From: an uncultured Candidatus Rokubacteria bacterium
GTDB taxonomy: Bacteria; Methylomirabilota; Methylomirabilia; Rokubacteriales; CSP1-6
Assembly (NCBI GenBank): GCA_963789955.1
Contig: CAWBMV010000034.1
Coordinates: 384,001 to 448,000 of the forward strand
DNA: 64,000 nt
Direction of reading: 5' to 3'
The translations under genes were made by a program, and so were the position numbers. Positions 55,816 to 64,000 of this stretch are shown one piece after another. The notes under the pieces were generated by a model. It made no database searches. It saw only the letters and a program-made list of their open reading frames with translations, and was not told the origin of the DNA. Each line of letters begins with the position of its first letter. Within the stretch, counting starts at the first letter, position 1.

Positions 55816-56469
55816 CTACCACCTCGAGATCTGATCGGCGACTTCCTTGCCGGTCGCGATTCGCCCGTAGGCCCGTCCGATGATGTCGAGCGCCGCGCGC
55901 TGGATCTCGGGCCAGAGCGTGGCCACGCCGTCCTCCACCACCGTCACGCGGTACTCCCGATGGAGCGCGGCCGTCACCGTGGCCAGCACACAGATGTCGG
56001 TCATCGTACCGGTCACCACGAGCGATGTCACGTTCCGCGCCCGCAGCGCCCGGTCGAGGAGCGTGCCGGCGAACGCGTCGTAGCCGCGCTTGCGCACGAC
56101 GATCTCGCCGGGCCGCGGCGCCAGATCGGGAACGGTCTCGGCGCTCGGCGTTCCCTCCAGGCACGAAGAAGACGGCAGACCGAAGCCTCGCGGGGCTCCG
56201 GGCTCGGCCGGCTTGTGCTCGGGATGGAGGCTTCCGATGAGGACCGGCACGCTCTCGGAGTAGACGAACTCGGTGAACACGACCGGCAGCCGCTTGGCGC
56301 GAAAGACGTTCAGGAGCTCCTGGATCACGGGAACGATCTCCCGCGCCGGCGGCACCGCCATCGCCTCACCCGCGTCGAGAAAGCCGCGCTGCATGTCGAC
56401 CACGACCAGCGCCGTCCGCCCGGGCTCGGGCGCCAGCGCTCGCTCGAACGCGTCGCGGCGGTCGGCCAT
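55816..56469 (-). CDS. Isochorismatase-family cysteine hydrolase
   Basis: 'ALVVVDMQ', 'K..YDAF..T', 'GTMTDICV..T'. Confidence 0.9.
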   Translation of the reverse strand: MADRRDAFERALAPEPGRTALVVVDMQRGFLDAGEAMAVPPAREIVPVIQELLNVFRAKRLPVVFTEFVYSESVPVLIGSLHPEHKPAEPGAPRGFGLPSSSCLEGTPSAETVPDLAPRPGEIVVRKRGYDAFAGTLLDRALRARNVTSLVVTGTMTDICVLATVTAALHREYRVTVVEDGVATLWPEIQRAALDIIGRAYGRIATGKEVADQISRW

Positions 56470-57414
56470 CAGCGCGGCGTCAGGCGGGGCAGGATGTCGC
56501 GGGCGATCAGCTCGACCTGCTCGGGCTCGTAGCGATAGGGAATGAGGATGAGGCGGTCGACGCCCGAGTCGACATGGGCGCGAAGCTGCGCCACGCACTC
56601 GTCGGCGCTGCCGCGGATCGCGTGCTCGATCGTCGACTCGCTCCAGGCCGCGACGTCCCACTCGGTCTCGAGCCAGCGCCGCATCGGCGCCTCGGTCGCC
56701 TCGCGCGAGCGCCCGATGTAGATCGCGAGCTGGTTGGTGCCGCTGAGCGTCTTCGGGTCGCGCCCGGCCTCGCGCGCGAAGCCGACGATCTTGTCCCACG
56801 AGCGCCGGTAGCTCTCGGGCGTGTAGAAATACGTGAGCCACCCGTCGCCGCTCGTGGCCACGCGCTTGAGCACGGCGTCGACGTAGCCGCCGATCAGGAT
56901 CGGCGGACGCGGCTTCTGGAACGGGCGCGGCCGCATCACGGCCTCGCGCAGGTTGTGCTCGTCGACCTGCAAGCGTGACGCGGTCCTCCGTCCACAGCCG
57001 GGCGAGGATGTCGAGGTTCCGCTCGAAGAGCCGGCCGCGCCGCTTGAACGGCACGCCGACCGCGTCGAACTCCCGCGCGTACCAGCCGGCCGCGACCCCC
57101 AGGATCAGGCGGCCCTTGGAGATCACGTCGAGGGTGCCGAGGGCCTTGGCGGCCACGGTCGGATTCCGCAGCGGGAGCACGAGCACGCCGGTGCCGAGCT
57201 TGATCCGGCTCGTCCGCGCCGCGATGGCGGTCAGGGTGCCGACGGCGTCGAGGATCGGGAACGACGGCTCGACGCCGAGGATCACGTGATCCCACGCCCA
57301 GAGCGATTCGAAGCCCAGCGCCTCGGCGCGCTGCGCATAGGTATAGAGCGCGTCGATGTCGGGGGTCTCGGCCGGCCCCACGAAGTTCTTGATCGCGAGC
57401 CCGAAGGTCGTCAT
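56469..57414 (-). CDS. LLM-class oxidoreductase (frameshift ~56970)
   Basis: 'GFESLWAWDH', 'LPLRNP..AAK', 'GRLILGVAAGW', 'PPILIGG'. Confidence 0.88.
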
Positions 57415-57417
57415 CGG

Positions 57418-58188
57418 TCAGCCCAGGAAGCGCCGCTCCGGATCGAGCGCGCGGAGCATCTCGAGCTCGTCGTCGGAAGGCGGCTCGGTGGTTTCGATCC
57501 GCGGCGCCTCGAGGAGCGTGAAGCCCGTGTTCTGGCGCAACGTGTCCGTGGAGACCCCGGGATGCGTGGCTTCGATCCGCATGCGCTTGGACTCGGGGTC
57601 GAAGCCGAGGATTCCCAGGGTCGTGACGACGCGGGAGACGCCGCCGAAGAGTAGCCCGGCCGCCTTGCGCGACCCGTCGCCTCGGATCCAGGACGGGCTC
57701 GTGACGAAGTCGACGCGCTCGACGAAGCGCCGCTTCTCGTGCGCCGTGACGATGATGACCTCGCGGCACAGTGACGCGATGTCGTTGGCGCCGCCGGTTC
57801 CGGGCAGGCGCACTTTCGGGTGCCAGTAGTCGCTGCCGAGCACGCTCGTGTTGATGTTCCCGTACTGATCGATCTGCGCCCCGCCCATGAAGCCGACGTC
57901 CACGAAGCCGCGCTGGGCGAAGAGGAACGCGTCGGTGATCCCCGGCAGCATCGTCGCGCGGTGGCCGGCGCGCATCTCGTTGGTCGACACCGGCAGCCGC
58001 CCCGGCGCGATCTGCGGGCCGATGATGCCGCCCTCGATGACCATCGTCAGCCGCGGCGCGTGCCGCCGCTTGGCGAGCGCCGCGGCCAGGAGCGGCACGC
58101 CGACACCCGCGAAGACCGTCGTGTCGTCGCGGAGCTGGCGCGCGGCGATCACGGCGAGCAGCTCCGACGCGTTGAAACGCTCGGTCAT
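57418..58188 (-). CDS. CoA-transferase beta subunit (GctB/PcaJ-like)
   Basis: 'FAGVGVP', 'IEGG', 'GGAQIDQYGNIN', 'LPGTGGANDI'. Confidence 0.9.
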   Translation of the reverse strand: MTERFNASELLAVIAARQLRDDTTVFAGVGVPLLAAALAKRRHAPRLTMVIEGGIIGPQIAPGRLPVSTNEMRAGHRATMLPGITDAFLFAQRGFVDVGFMGGAQIDQYGNINTSVLGSDYWHPKVRLPGTGGANDIASLCREVIIVTAHEKRRFVERVDFVTSPSWIRGDGSRKAAGLLFGGVSRVVTTLGILGFDPESKRMRIEATHPGVSTDTLRQNTGFTLLEAPRIETTEPPSDDELEMLRALDPERRFLG

Positions 58189-58248
58189 TGTATCGGGCGC
58201 GCGCGCCCGGCTCCGACCGAGGGTGGCCTGAGACAGGCGCGTGGCTGG

Positions 58249-59220
58249 TCATCGCGTCAGTTCCTTGGCGCGCTTGACCTGAAGGGCCATGCGCTCGCCG
58301 CCGAACAGATCGAGGTAGTCGCTCCACGTGGGCGGCCCGTAGACGTAGCGCTCGAGATAGTCACCGACGGCCGCGGGGCCGCTCCGGTCGATCGCCGCGC
58401 AGTACTCGGCGAAGTGATCGTAGTCGGCCTCGTAGAGGCCGTAGCACTCGTGCGGGAACGAGCCGAACGGCACGTGCACGAGCGCGTCGACGACGAAGCC
58501 CGGAACGACGGTGCGGTCGGGATAACGACGCGTCTCTTCCTCGGAGATGATCTCTTCGGTCGTCACCAGGACCGTCGTCGCGGCCCGCGCGATGTCGGCG
58601 TCCATGTGCGGGTAGCCGTCGATCTGGCAGTTGCCGAACCGATCCGCGCGGTGCACGTGCAGCACCGCCACGTCCGGGAAGAGCGCCGGCACCGCCGCGA
58701 GCGTCTCGCCGGTGTAGGGATCCTGCATCGTCTTGAGGCCGCCGACGCCGACGAGATCCGAGCCGAGCATCGTGAGCGCGGGCAGGAACGGCACGCCCAT
58801 CGCGCCGGCGCGGAAGCGGAGCCCGAGCGCGAGATGGCTCCATTCTTCCAGCGCGACCGCGCCCGTCTCGACGTAGTGGCGCAGGATCTTCGACACGCCC
58901 CACGGCAGCCCGATGGACATCCAGGCGGTCATGACGCGGCTGGCGGCGCCCGCCGCCATGAACAGCTCGCCCTCGTTGCAGGTGAGGTTGCGCGCGAGCG
59001 TGAGCCCGCGGCGGCGCTGGCGCAGGATCTCGCGCATGAGGGCCATCGGCGTGCGCGAGAACAGGCACCCGCCGACGCCGATGTGATCGCCGTCCTTCAC
59101 GCGGCCGACGGCGTCCTCGAGGCTCGTGAGCTTCTCGGCCGCCGACTTGGCCTTGGCTTCCGTTCGCCGGCGCGCGGCGATGAAGTCGTATTCGGCCGGG
59201 TTCAGGCGAGGATCTCCCAC
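58249..59220 (-). CDS. CoA-transferase alpha subunit (GctA/PcaI-like)
   Basis: 'VKDGD.IGVGG', 'R.PMA..REI', 'AGAMGVPFLP', 'PDVA..HV..AD..GN'; start uncertain. Confidence 0.88.
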   Translation of the reverse strand: MGDPRLNPAEYDFIAARRRTEAKAKSAAEKLTSLEDAVGRVKDGDHIGVGGCLFSRTPMALMREILRQRRRGLTLARNLTCNEGELFMAAGAASRVMTAWMSIGLPWGVSKILRHYVETGAVALEEWSHLALGLRFRAGAMGVPFLPALTMLGSDLVGVGGLKTMQDPYTGETLAAVPALFPDVAVLHVHRADRFGNCQIDGYPHMDADIARAATTVLVTTEEIISEEETRRYPDRTVVPGFVVDALVHVPFGSFPHECYGLYEADYDHFAEYCAAIDRSGPAAVGDYLERYVYGPPTWSDYLDLFGGERMALQVKRAKELTR

Positions 59221-60251
59221 TTCGGCTGATACTGATCGAGCTCGCGCCGCGTCCGCGGATCCATCGGATGCTCCCGCTCCGGGACCTCGACGTGCTTGTC
59301 CTCGCCGCAGAGCGCCGTCGTGAAGTAGCGCTGGCCCGTGTCGTTCGCCATCGTCACGATCGACGGCAGGTCCGGGCGATGCCGCGCCAGCTTGAGCGCG
59401 GCGGCGACGTTGCAGCCGGTGGAGATGCCGCAGAAGATGCCCCTCCTCGGCCGCGAGGCGCCGCGCCATGACCAGGCTCTCGTCCGTGGTGGTGGTGATG
59501 ACGCCGGAGAGAATCGCGACGTCGAGGTTCTCGGGGATGAAGCCGTCGCCGATGCCCTCGATGCCGTGCGGTCCCCACTCGCGCCGCGCGAGCAGCGCGC
59601 ACTCCTCGGGCTCGACGGCGTAGAGCCGCACGCGCGTGTCCTGCTCGCGCAGGAAGCGCCCGACGCCGGTGAGCGTGCCGCCGCTGCCCTGCGAGGCGAC
59701 GAACGCGCCGACGATGCCGCCGGCCTGCTCCCAGATCTCGGGGCCGGTCGTCCGGTAGTGCGCCTCGACGTTGTCGGCGTTGTCGAACTGACCGGGCACC
59801 CAGTAGCCGGTCGCGGTCGCCCGCGCGGATCTCCTCGAGGCGCTGCAGCGACAGATCGACGTCGCTCTCGCCGCCCGGTGTGAAGACGAGATCGGCGCCG
59901 TAGGCGCGCATGATCTTCTTGCGCTCGTCGCTCATGCCCTCGGGCATCACGATCGTGCAGCGGTAGCCCTTGACCGCCGCCACGAAGGCGCAGGCGATCC
60001 CGGCGTTGCCGGTCGAGCACTCGAGCACACGCATGCCCGGGCGCAGGTCGCCGCGCGCCTCGGCGCGCTCGAACATGTGCAGGTAGATGCGGTCCTTGAG
60101 GCTGCCGGTCGCGCCGTACCACTCGAGCTTCAGGTGGATCGGCGGCGTGACGCCCGGCGGTGACGCGGTTCAGCGTGACGAGCGGTGTGCGCCCGACCGC
60201 CTGGGCGATCGATCCGAGCGCGCTACGGTACGCATCCCACAGAATCGTCAC
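59202..60251 (-). CDS. PLP-dependent cysteine-synthase-family enzyme (several frameshifts)
   Basis: 'VGRTPLV.L', 'TGSLKDR', 'STGNAG', 'QFDN..N...HY.TTGPEI', 'GSGGT..G', 'GISTG'. Confidence 0.85.
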   Translation of the reverse strand: MTILWDAYRSALGSIAQAVGRTPLVTLNRVTAGRHAADPPEARVVRRDRQPQGPHLPAHVRARRGARRPAPGHACARVLDRQRRDRLRLRGGGQGLPLHDRDARGHERRAQEDHARLRRRSRLHTGRRERRRSVAAAPRGDPRGRPRPATGCPVSSTTPTTSRRTTGRPAPRSGSRPAASSARSSPRRAAAARSPASGASCASRTRACGSTPSSPRSARCSRGASGDRTASRASATASSPRTSTSRFSPASSPPPRTRAWSWRGASRPRRGIFCGISTGCNVAAALKLARHRPDLPSIVTMANDTGQRYFTTALCGEDKHVEVPEREHPMDPRTRRELDQYQPKWEILA

Positions 60252-60289
60252 GGGAGCGTGATTGTACCCGAAATCTCAAGCGACCGGCC

Positions 60290-60667
60290 TCACACGGTCC
60301 CGGTCGCGTCGAACGCCGCGGGGATGTGCCGAATCTCGAAGCGGCCGTCGCCGCGGGGCGTCACCGCCACGACGTCGAACCGGCAGTGCGCCTCCGCGAT
60401 CCGCATCCATTTCAGATAGCCTTGCGCGAGCCGAACGAGTCGCCTCCGCTTGAACCACGACACGGCCGCACCGGGCCCGTCGTCCCAGCGCTCCTGCCGG
60501 CACTTCACCTCGACGAAGACCCACACCTCGCCATCGCGGCACACCAGATCGATCTCGCCGTTGCGAAGCTTCACGTTGCGCGCGACGATGCGCAGCCCCG
60601 ACCGCTCGAGGAGCTTCGCCGCCGCTTCTTCAGCCGCGCGCCCGAGGACGTGCCGCGGATCGCCCAT
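60290..60667 (-). CDS. yraN: YraN-family nuclease
   Basis: 'LG..AE..A...L', 'GEIDLV', 'VFVEVK.R', 'RFDVV', 'HIP.AF'. Confidence 0.9.
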   Translation of the reverse strand: MGDPRHVLGRAAEEAAAKLLERSGLRIVARNVKLRNGEIDLVCRDGEVWVFVEVKCRQERWDDGPGAAVSWFKRRRLVRLAQGYLKWMRIAEAHCRFDVVAVTPRGDGRFEIRHIPAAFDATGTV

Positions 60668-60809
60668 GCCTGGCATCGTGGACGAGCCGGCAGCCGGTGA
60701 AAATGCCCAATGTTCGATACGGACACGGCGCACCGGACGGTCCGGGGCGTACGCTTGAATCGGCCGTATGCGGCGTTTGCATCTTTAGAAGTGGAAGGGG
60801 AGGGCAAGC

Positions 60810-61684
60810 ATGAGCCAGTCGTCACGCCCGGTCTCACACGTCATCACGCCCGAGCCCGTCGTCGAGGGGGCGGGCGTCCATCTGCGCCGCAGCATCGGCA
60901 CCCGCCGGCTCGATCACCTGGATCCGTTCCTGCTGCTCGATCACTTCGAGTCGGTCAAGCGCCAGCCGACTACGAGGCGGGCTTTCCGTACCACCCGCAC
61001 CGCGGCATCGAGACGGTCACGCTCGTTCGGAAGGGCGAGGTCAAGCACAGCGACTCGCTCGGCCACAAGGGCTCGATCGGCGCCGGTGACATCCAGTGGA
61101 TGACGTCCGGCAGCGGCATCCTCCACGAAGAGATGCCGCAGGTGCGTCCCGAGGGCATCGCCGGCTTGCAGATCTGGCTCAACCTGCCGGCGCGCGACAA
61201 GATGAGCCGGCCGAAGTATCGCGATCTGCAGGGCGATCGGCTGGCCGAGACGAAGACCGAGGACGGCGCGAGCATCCGCGTGATCGCGGGTGAGGCGCAG
61301 GGCGGAAAGTTCGCGGGGCCGGTCGAAGGGCTCGCGGTCGCGCCCAAGTTCATCGATGTCACCTTGCCGCCGGGCGCCACGTTCCGCGAGGAAGTGCCGC
61401 GCGGCCACACGGCGTTCGCCTACGTCGACCACGGCGACGTCCACTTCGGCGCCGAGAAGAAGACCGCGCACGCGCCGTCGCTCGTCATCTTCGGCGAGGG
61501 TGACGTCGTCGAAGCGTCGGCGGGAGCGGCGGGGGGGCGGTTTCTTCTCGCCGCGGCGCGGCCGCTCAACGAGCCGATCGCGCGCTATGGTCCCTTCGTG
61601 ATGAACACCCGCGCGGAGATCGAGCAGACGCTCGAGGATCTTCGCAGCGGGCGCTTCGCGCGCACGGAGCCTCGGGACGAATAG
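60810..61684 (+). CDS. Pirin-family protein (frameshift ~60955)
   Basis: 'EGAGV', 'DPFLLLDHF', 'HPHRGIETVT', 'WMTSGSGILHEE', 'GPFVMN'. Confidence 0.92.
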
Positions 61685-61694
61685 GCCGCCGTCT

Positions 61695-62733
61695 TCACGG
61701 TGCTCGACGGAGCGTGTCGAGCACCGCGAAGACGATCTGTTCCGCGATGGCGTCTGCCTCGAGCGCACACATCGCGCACACCGAGGCTCCGAGGTCGGGC
61801 GCGTGAAACGCGCTGGTCGTGTAGCCCGGCCCGCCGCCGTTGTGACCCCATAGTCGACCCCACGACGATTCCGGATCGCCCATGATCCCAAGGCCGTAGC
61901 CCGGCCGGCGCCAGCGTGACGCCGACGCGGCCGCCGCCTCGGCCGATCGGTACGAGCGTGGTCATCTCGTGAAGAGACTGCGCGGAGAGAAGCCCGCCGC
62001 AGAAGAGCGCATCGAAAAAGCGCGCGATGTCTGAAGGCGTCGACGCCACCACGCCGTGAGAGACCCATCCCGGATGGTAGTGATCGCGCACCTCACGAGT
62101 CGCGCCGTCACTCGCCAGAGCTCGAGACGCGGCCGGTGCGAGCGTCGAAAGATCACTCACCGATTCGGGGACGAACGTGCGAAGGAGCCCAAGCGGCCGC
62201 GCGATTCGTTCGCGGATCATCGCGCCGTAGGAGCTTCCGGCGACGTCCTCGGCGATTCGCTTGAGCAGCATGTAGCCCGGGTTCGAATAGGCCCAGCTCG
62301 ATCCGGGATCGAAGAGCAGCCCCTTCTCGAACGTCTCGGCCGCGAAGCGCTCGAACGACCACGGCGACGAGGGCGCAGGTGCGGACCGCGTCGTGGTACG
62401 AGTCCAGCCAGCCGTAGTCCGGAATGCCGGCGGTGTGGTTGAGCAGCTGGCCGAGCGAGATTCGATCAGACCGGTCGATGCGCGGGAACCACCGCGCGAG
62501 CCGATCGTCGAGGGTCAGCCGCTGCTCGTCCCGCAGCTGAAGGATCAGGACCGCGGTGAATGTCTTCGTGATGCTGTAGGCGAGATAGGCCGGCTCGTCG
62601 AGCAGCGGATGCCGGCACCCAGACGGCCTCGGGGCGTGCTCCGGCGCCGCTGACGACGGCGATGCCGGCGGCGGCGCGCCCCTCGATCGTCCGGTCGATG
62701 ATCTCGATGAGCGCGGTGCGTCGATACCGCCAT
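61695..62733 (-). CDS. Beta-lactamase-family serine hydrolase, heavily frameshifted (error-rich or pseudogene)
   Basis: SxxK 'SITK', 'LLNHTAGI', 'YSN', 'GHNGGGPGY' spread over several frames. Confidence 0.7.
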
Positions 62734-62748
62734 CGGCGACTCCGGCGG

Positions 62749-63291
62749 CTACGCCGAAGGGAACGGGACGCCCAGCGCCTCCGGCGACAGCTTGAGGCCG
62801 TTGGCGAAGAACGAGACGGAGTGGTAGAAGCCGACCAGCGCGATCAGCTCGAGGATCTGCTCGACATTGAAGATCGCCGCGAGCGCGCCCCAGGTCTCGT
62901 CGGAGAGGCTCGCCGAGTCGTGGAGCTCGTCGACCATGCGGATCAGCAGCCGTTCCTCGTCGCTCCACGCGGGATCGTTCGAATCTCCGTGCACCGTCGC
63001 GCGGAGCTGTTCCTGCGTCAGCGCCACGCGCTGAGCGAAGAACGCGACGTGCACACCCCATTCGTAGGCGCAGCCGCAGCGCGCGCAGGTGCGGTCGATC
63101 ACGATCTCGCGGTGGCGGAGCGAGACCGGGCCGCGATCGAGCAGGCTGCCGGCTCGAAAGCGATCCCAGATGCGCGGAACGCGCGCCAATGTCGTGAAGA
63201 GCGTCAGCGGGGGCACGCCGGGCGGCATGATCGCGTCGAGCACTTTCTGAAGCTCGGGATATGGCGCCGGTACCGGCTCCACGCGGCTCAT
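62749..63291 (-). CDS. Carboxymuconolactone decarboxylase/AhpD-like protein
   Basis: 'REIVI.RT.ARCGCAYEWGVH', 'DELH', 'LVGFYH'. Confidence 0.85.
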   Translation of the reverse strand: MSRVEPVPAPYPELQKVLDAIMPPGVPPLTLFTTLARVPRIWDRFRAGSLLDRGPVSLRHREIVIDRTCARCGCAYEWGVHVAFFAQRVALTQEQLRATVHGDSNDPAWSDEERLLIRMVDELHDSASLSDETWGALAAIFNVEQILELIALVGFYHSVSFFANGLKLSPEALGVPFPSA

Positions 63292-63422
63292 CGCTTTGCC
63301 GCCTTCGCCGGCGCCGGCGTCAGCAGGGCGAGATCGATCGTCGTGCCCATGGCGACGTAGCCGAGGCGATTTGGATGCAGATGATCGCCGGCGCCGCCGA
63401 GCAGGCCGCTGTTGACCGGTGA
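63288..63422 (-). pseudogene. C-terminal remnant of an SGNH/GDSL hydrolase
   Basis: 'GGAGDHLHPNRLGYVAMGTTIDL' (block V DxxH) with no room upstream for the rest of the gene. Confidence 0.6.
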
Positions 63423-63424
63423 CG

Positions 63425-63676
63425 TCACTTCTTGCCCCACCGCCATCTCGGCGGCTCGCCCGTGAGGTAGCACACCGCGATGAGCAGCACGACCAGAAAG
63501 GCCGTGTAGATGACGAAGGAACCGGGCTGCTGCTTCGGCAGGAACACCAGCGCGCCGACGGCCAGCAACGCGAAGAAGGCCACCAGCACGAGCCAGCCTT
63601 GCCACGTCCGCGGCGGCCCCCATCCCCAGCCGTAGCGCTTCGCGGGGAACCAGTACTTCGATTCGAGGGCGCTCAC
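63425..63676 (-). CDS. Small two-TM membrane protein
   Basis: 'WFPAKRYGWGWGPP.TWQGW...GEPPRWRWG'; GTGA overlap with the upstream stop. Confidence 0.75.
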   Translation of the reverse strand: MSALESKYWFPAKRYGWGWGPPRTWQGWLVLVAFFALLAVGALVFLPKQQPGSFVIYTAFLVVLLIAVCYLTGEPPRWRWGKK

Positions 63677-64000
63677 TTCACGGTGACCGTGTACGTGGCC
63701 ACCCTGGACGGCGCGACGTCCTGCTCCCATGGACGCCGATACTCGAAACGCAGCTGCTGCTGGCCCGGCTTGAGCGGCGCGAGCTTCCAGATCTCCGTAC
63801 CCCCGGCGCCGGCGGCGCCTCCGGCACTCTGCGCTTCATAGCTCGACGGGCCGTCGACTCTGAGCACCGCGTCCTTCGGCTCGACGTAGATCCAGCGATA
63901 GCCCGTGGTCGGGTTGCTGGGGAGACGTACGACCAGATCCTGCCCCGACGCGAGCGCGACGCTCGTCCCCGACTGATCGGCGTTGACCGTCACGGGCTCG
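63673..64000 (-). CDS. Chagasin/I42 cysteine-protease inhibitor family protein (5' end outside window)
   Basis: 'LPSNPTTGYRW', 'GAGG', 'YRRPWE'. Confidence 0.88.
   Translation of the reverse strand, partial: EPVTVNADQSGTSVALASGQDLVVRLPSNPTTGYRWIYVEPKDAVLRVDGPSSYEAQSAGGAAGAGGTEIWKLAPLKPGQQQLRFEYRRPWEQDVAPSRVATYTVTVK

Noticed and set aside
55816..59799. Apparent fusions LLM-isochorismatase (55816-57414) and cysteine synthase-CoA-transferase (58249-59799)
   Set aside because: The true C-termini of the upstream enzymes are present in other frames; the fusions are frameshift artefacts.

Overview
High-GC (visually ~67-70%) bacterial chromosomal window. The gene repertoire suggests an uncultured soil bacterium such as Ca. 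Rokubacteria/Methylomirabilota, but that is inference only. Many conserved genes (dnaK, lon, comM etc.) are split by single-base indels, typical of an unpolished long-read consensus, so most split ORFs are treated as intact genes. Layout: (1-17.4 kb) a type IVa pilus locus of Myxococcus/Geobacter-like order (mazG-macrodomain-pilB-pilT-pilC-pilS-pilR-pilA-[TMTC-like GT-C/TPR glycosyltransferase]-pilD-minor pilins-pilMNOPQ), with a sigma54 promoter before pilA. (18.6-24.8 kb) hsp20-dnaK-dnaJ-hspR-lon heat-shock operon. (24.9-28.9 kb) lytic transglycosylase, hydrolase, hypotheticals and comM. (29.0-37.2 kb) the most interesting block: a sigma54 response regulator, three palindromic enhancer-like sites and a -24/-12 promoter driving an unannotated 47-aa secreted peptide, then an orphan family-5 peptide-binding protein translationally coupled to a membrane histidine kinase, a hybrid kinase and a patatin lipoprotein. 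This is a candidate peptide autoinducer (quorum-sensing-like) circuit. (37-49 kb) mixed metabolic and regulatory genes, including a glutamine-amidotransferase-like gene with an in-frame TGA exactly at the catalytic Cys and a SECIS-like hairpin (candidate selenoprotein). (49-60 kb) a catabolic cluster with a Liv-type ABC transporter. (60-64 kb) yraN, pirin, serine hydrolase, CMD protein and a chagasin-like inhibitor. I saw no rRNA, tRNA, CRISPR array or transposase.
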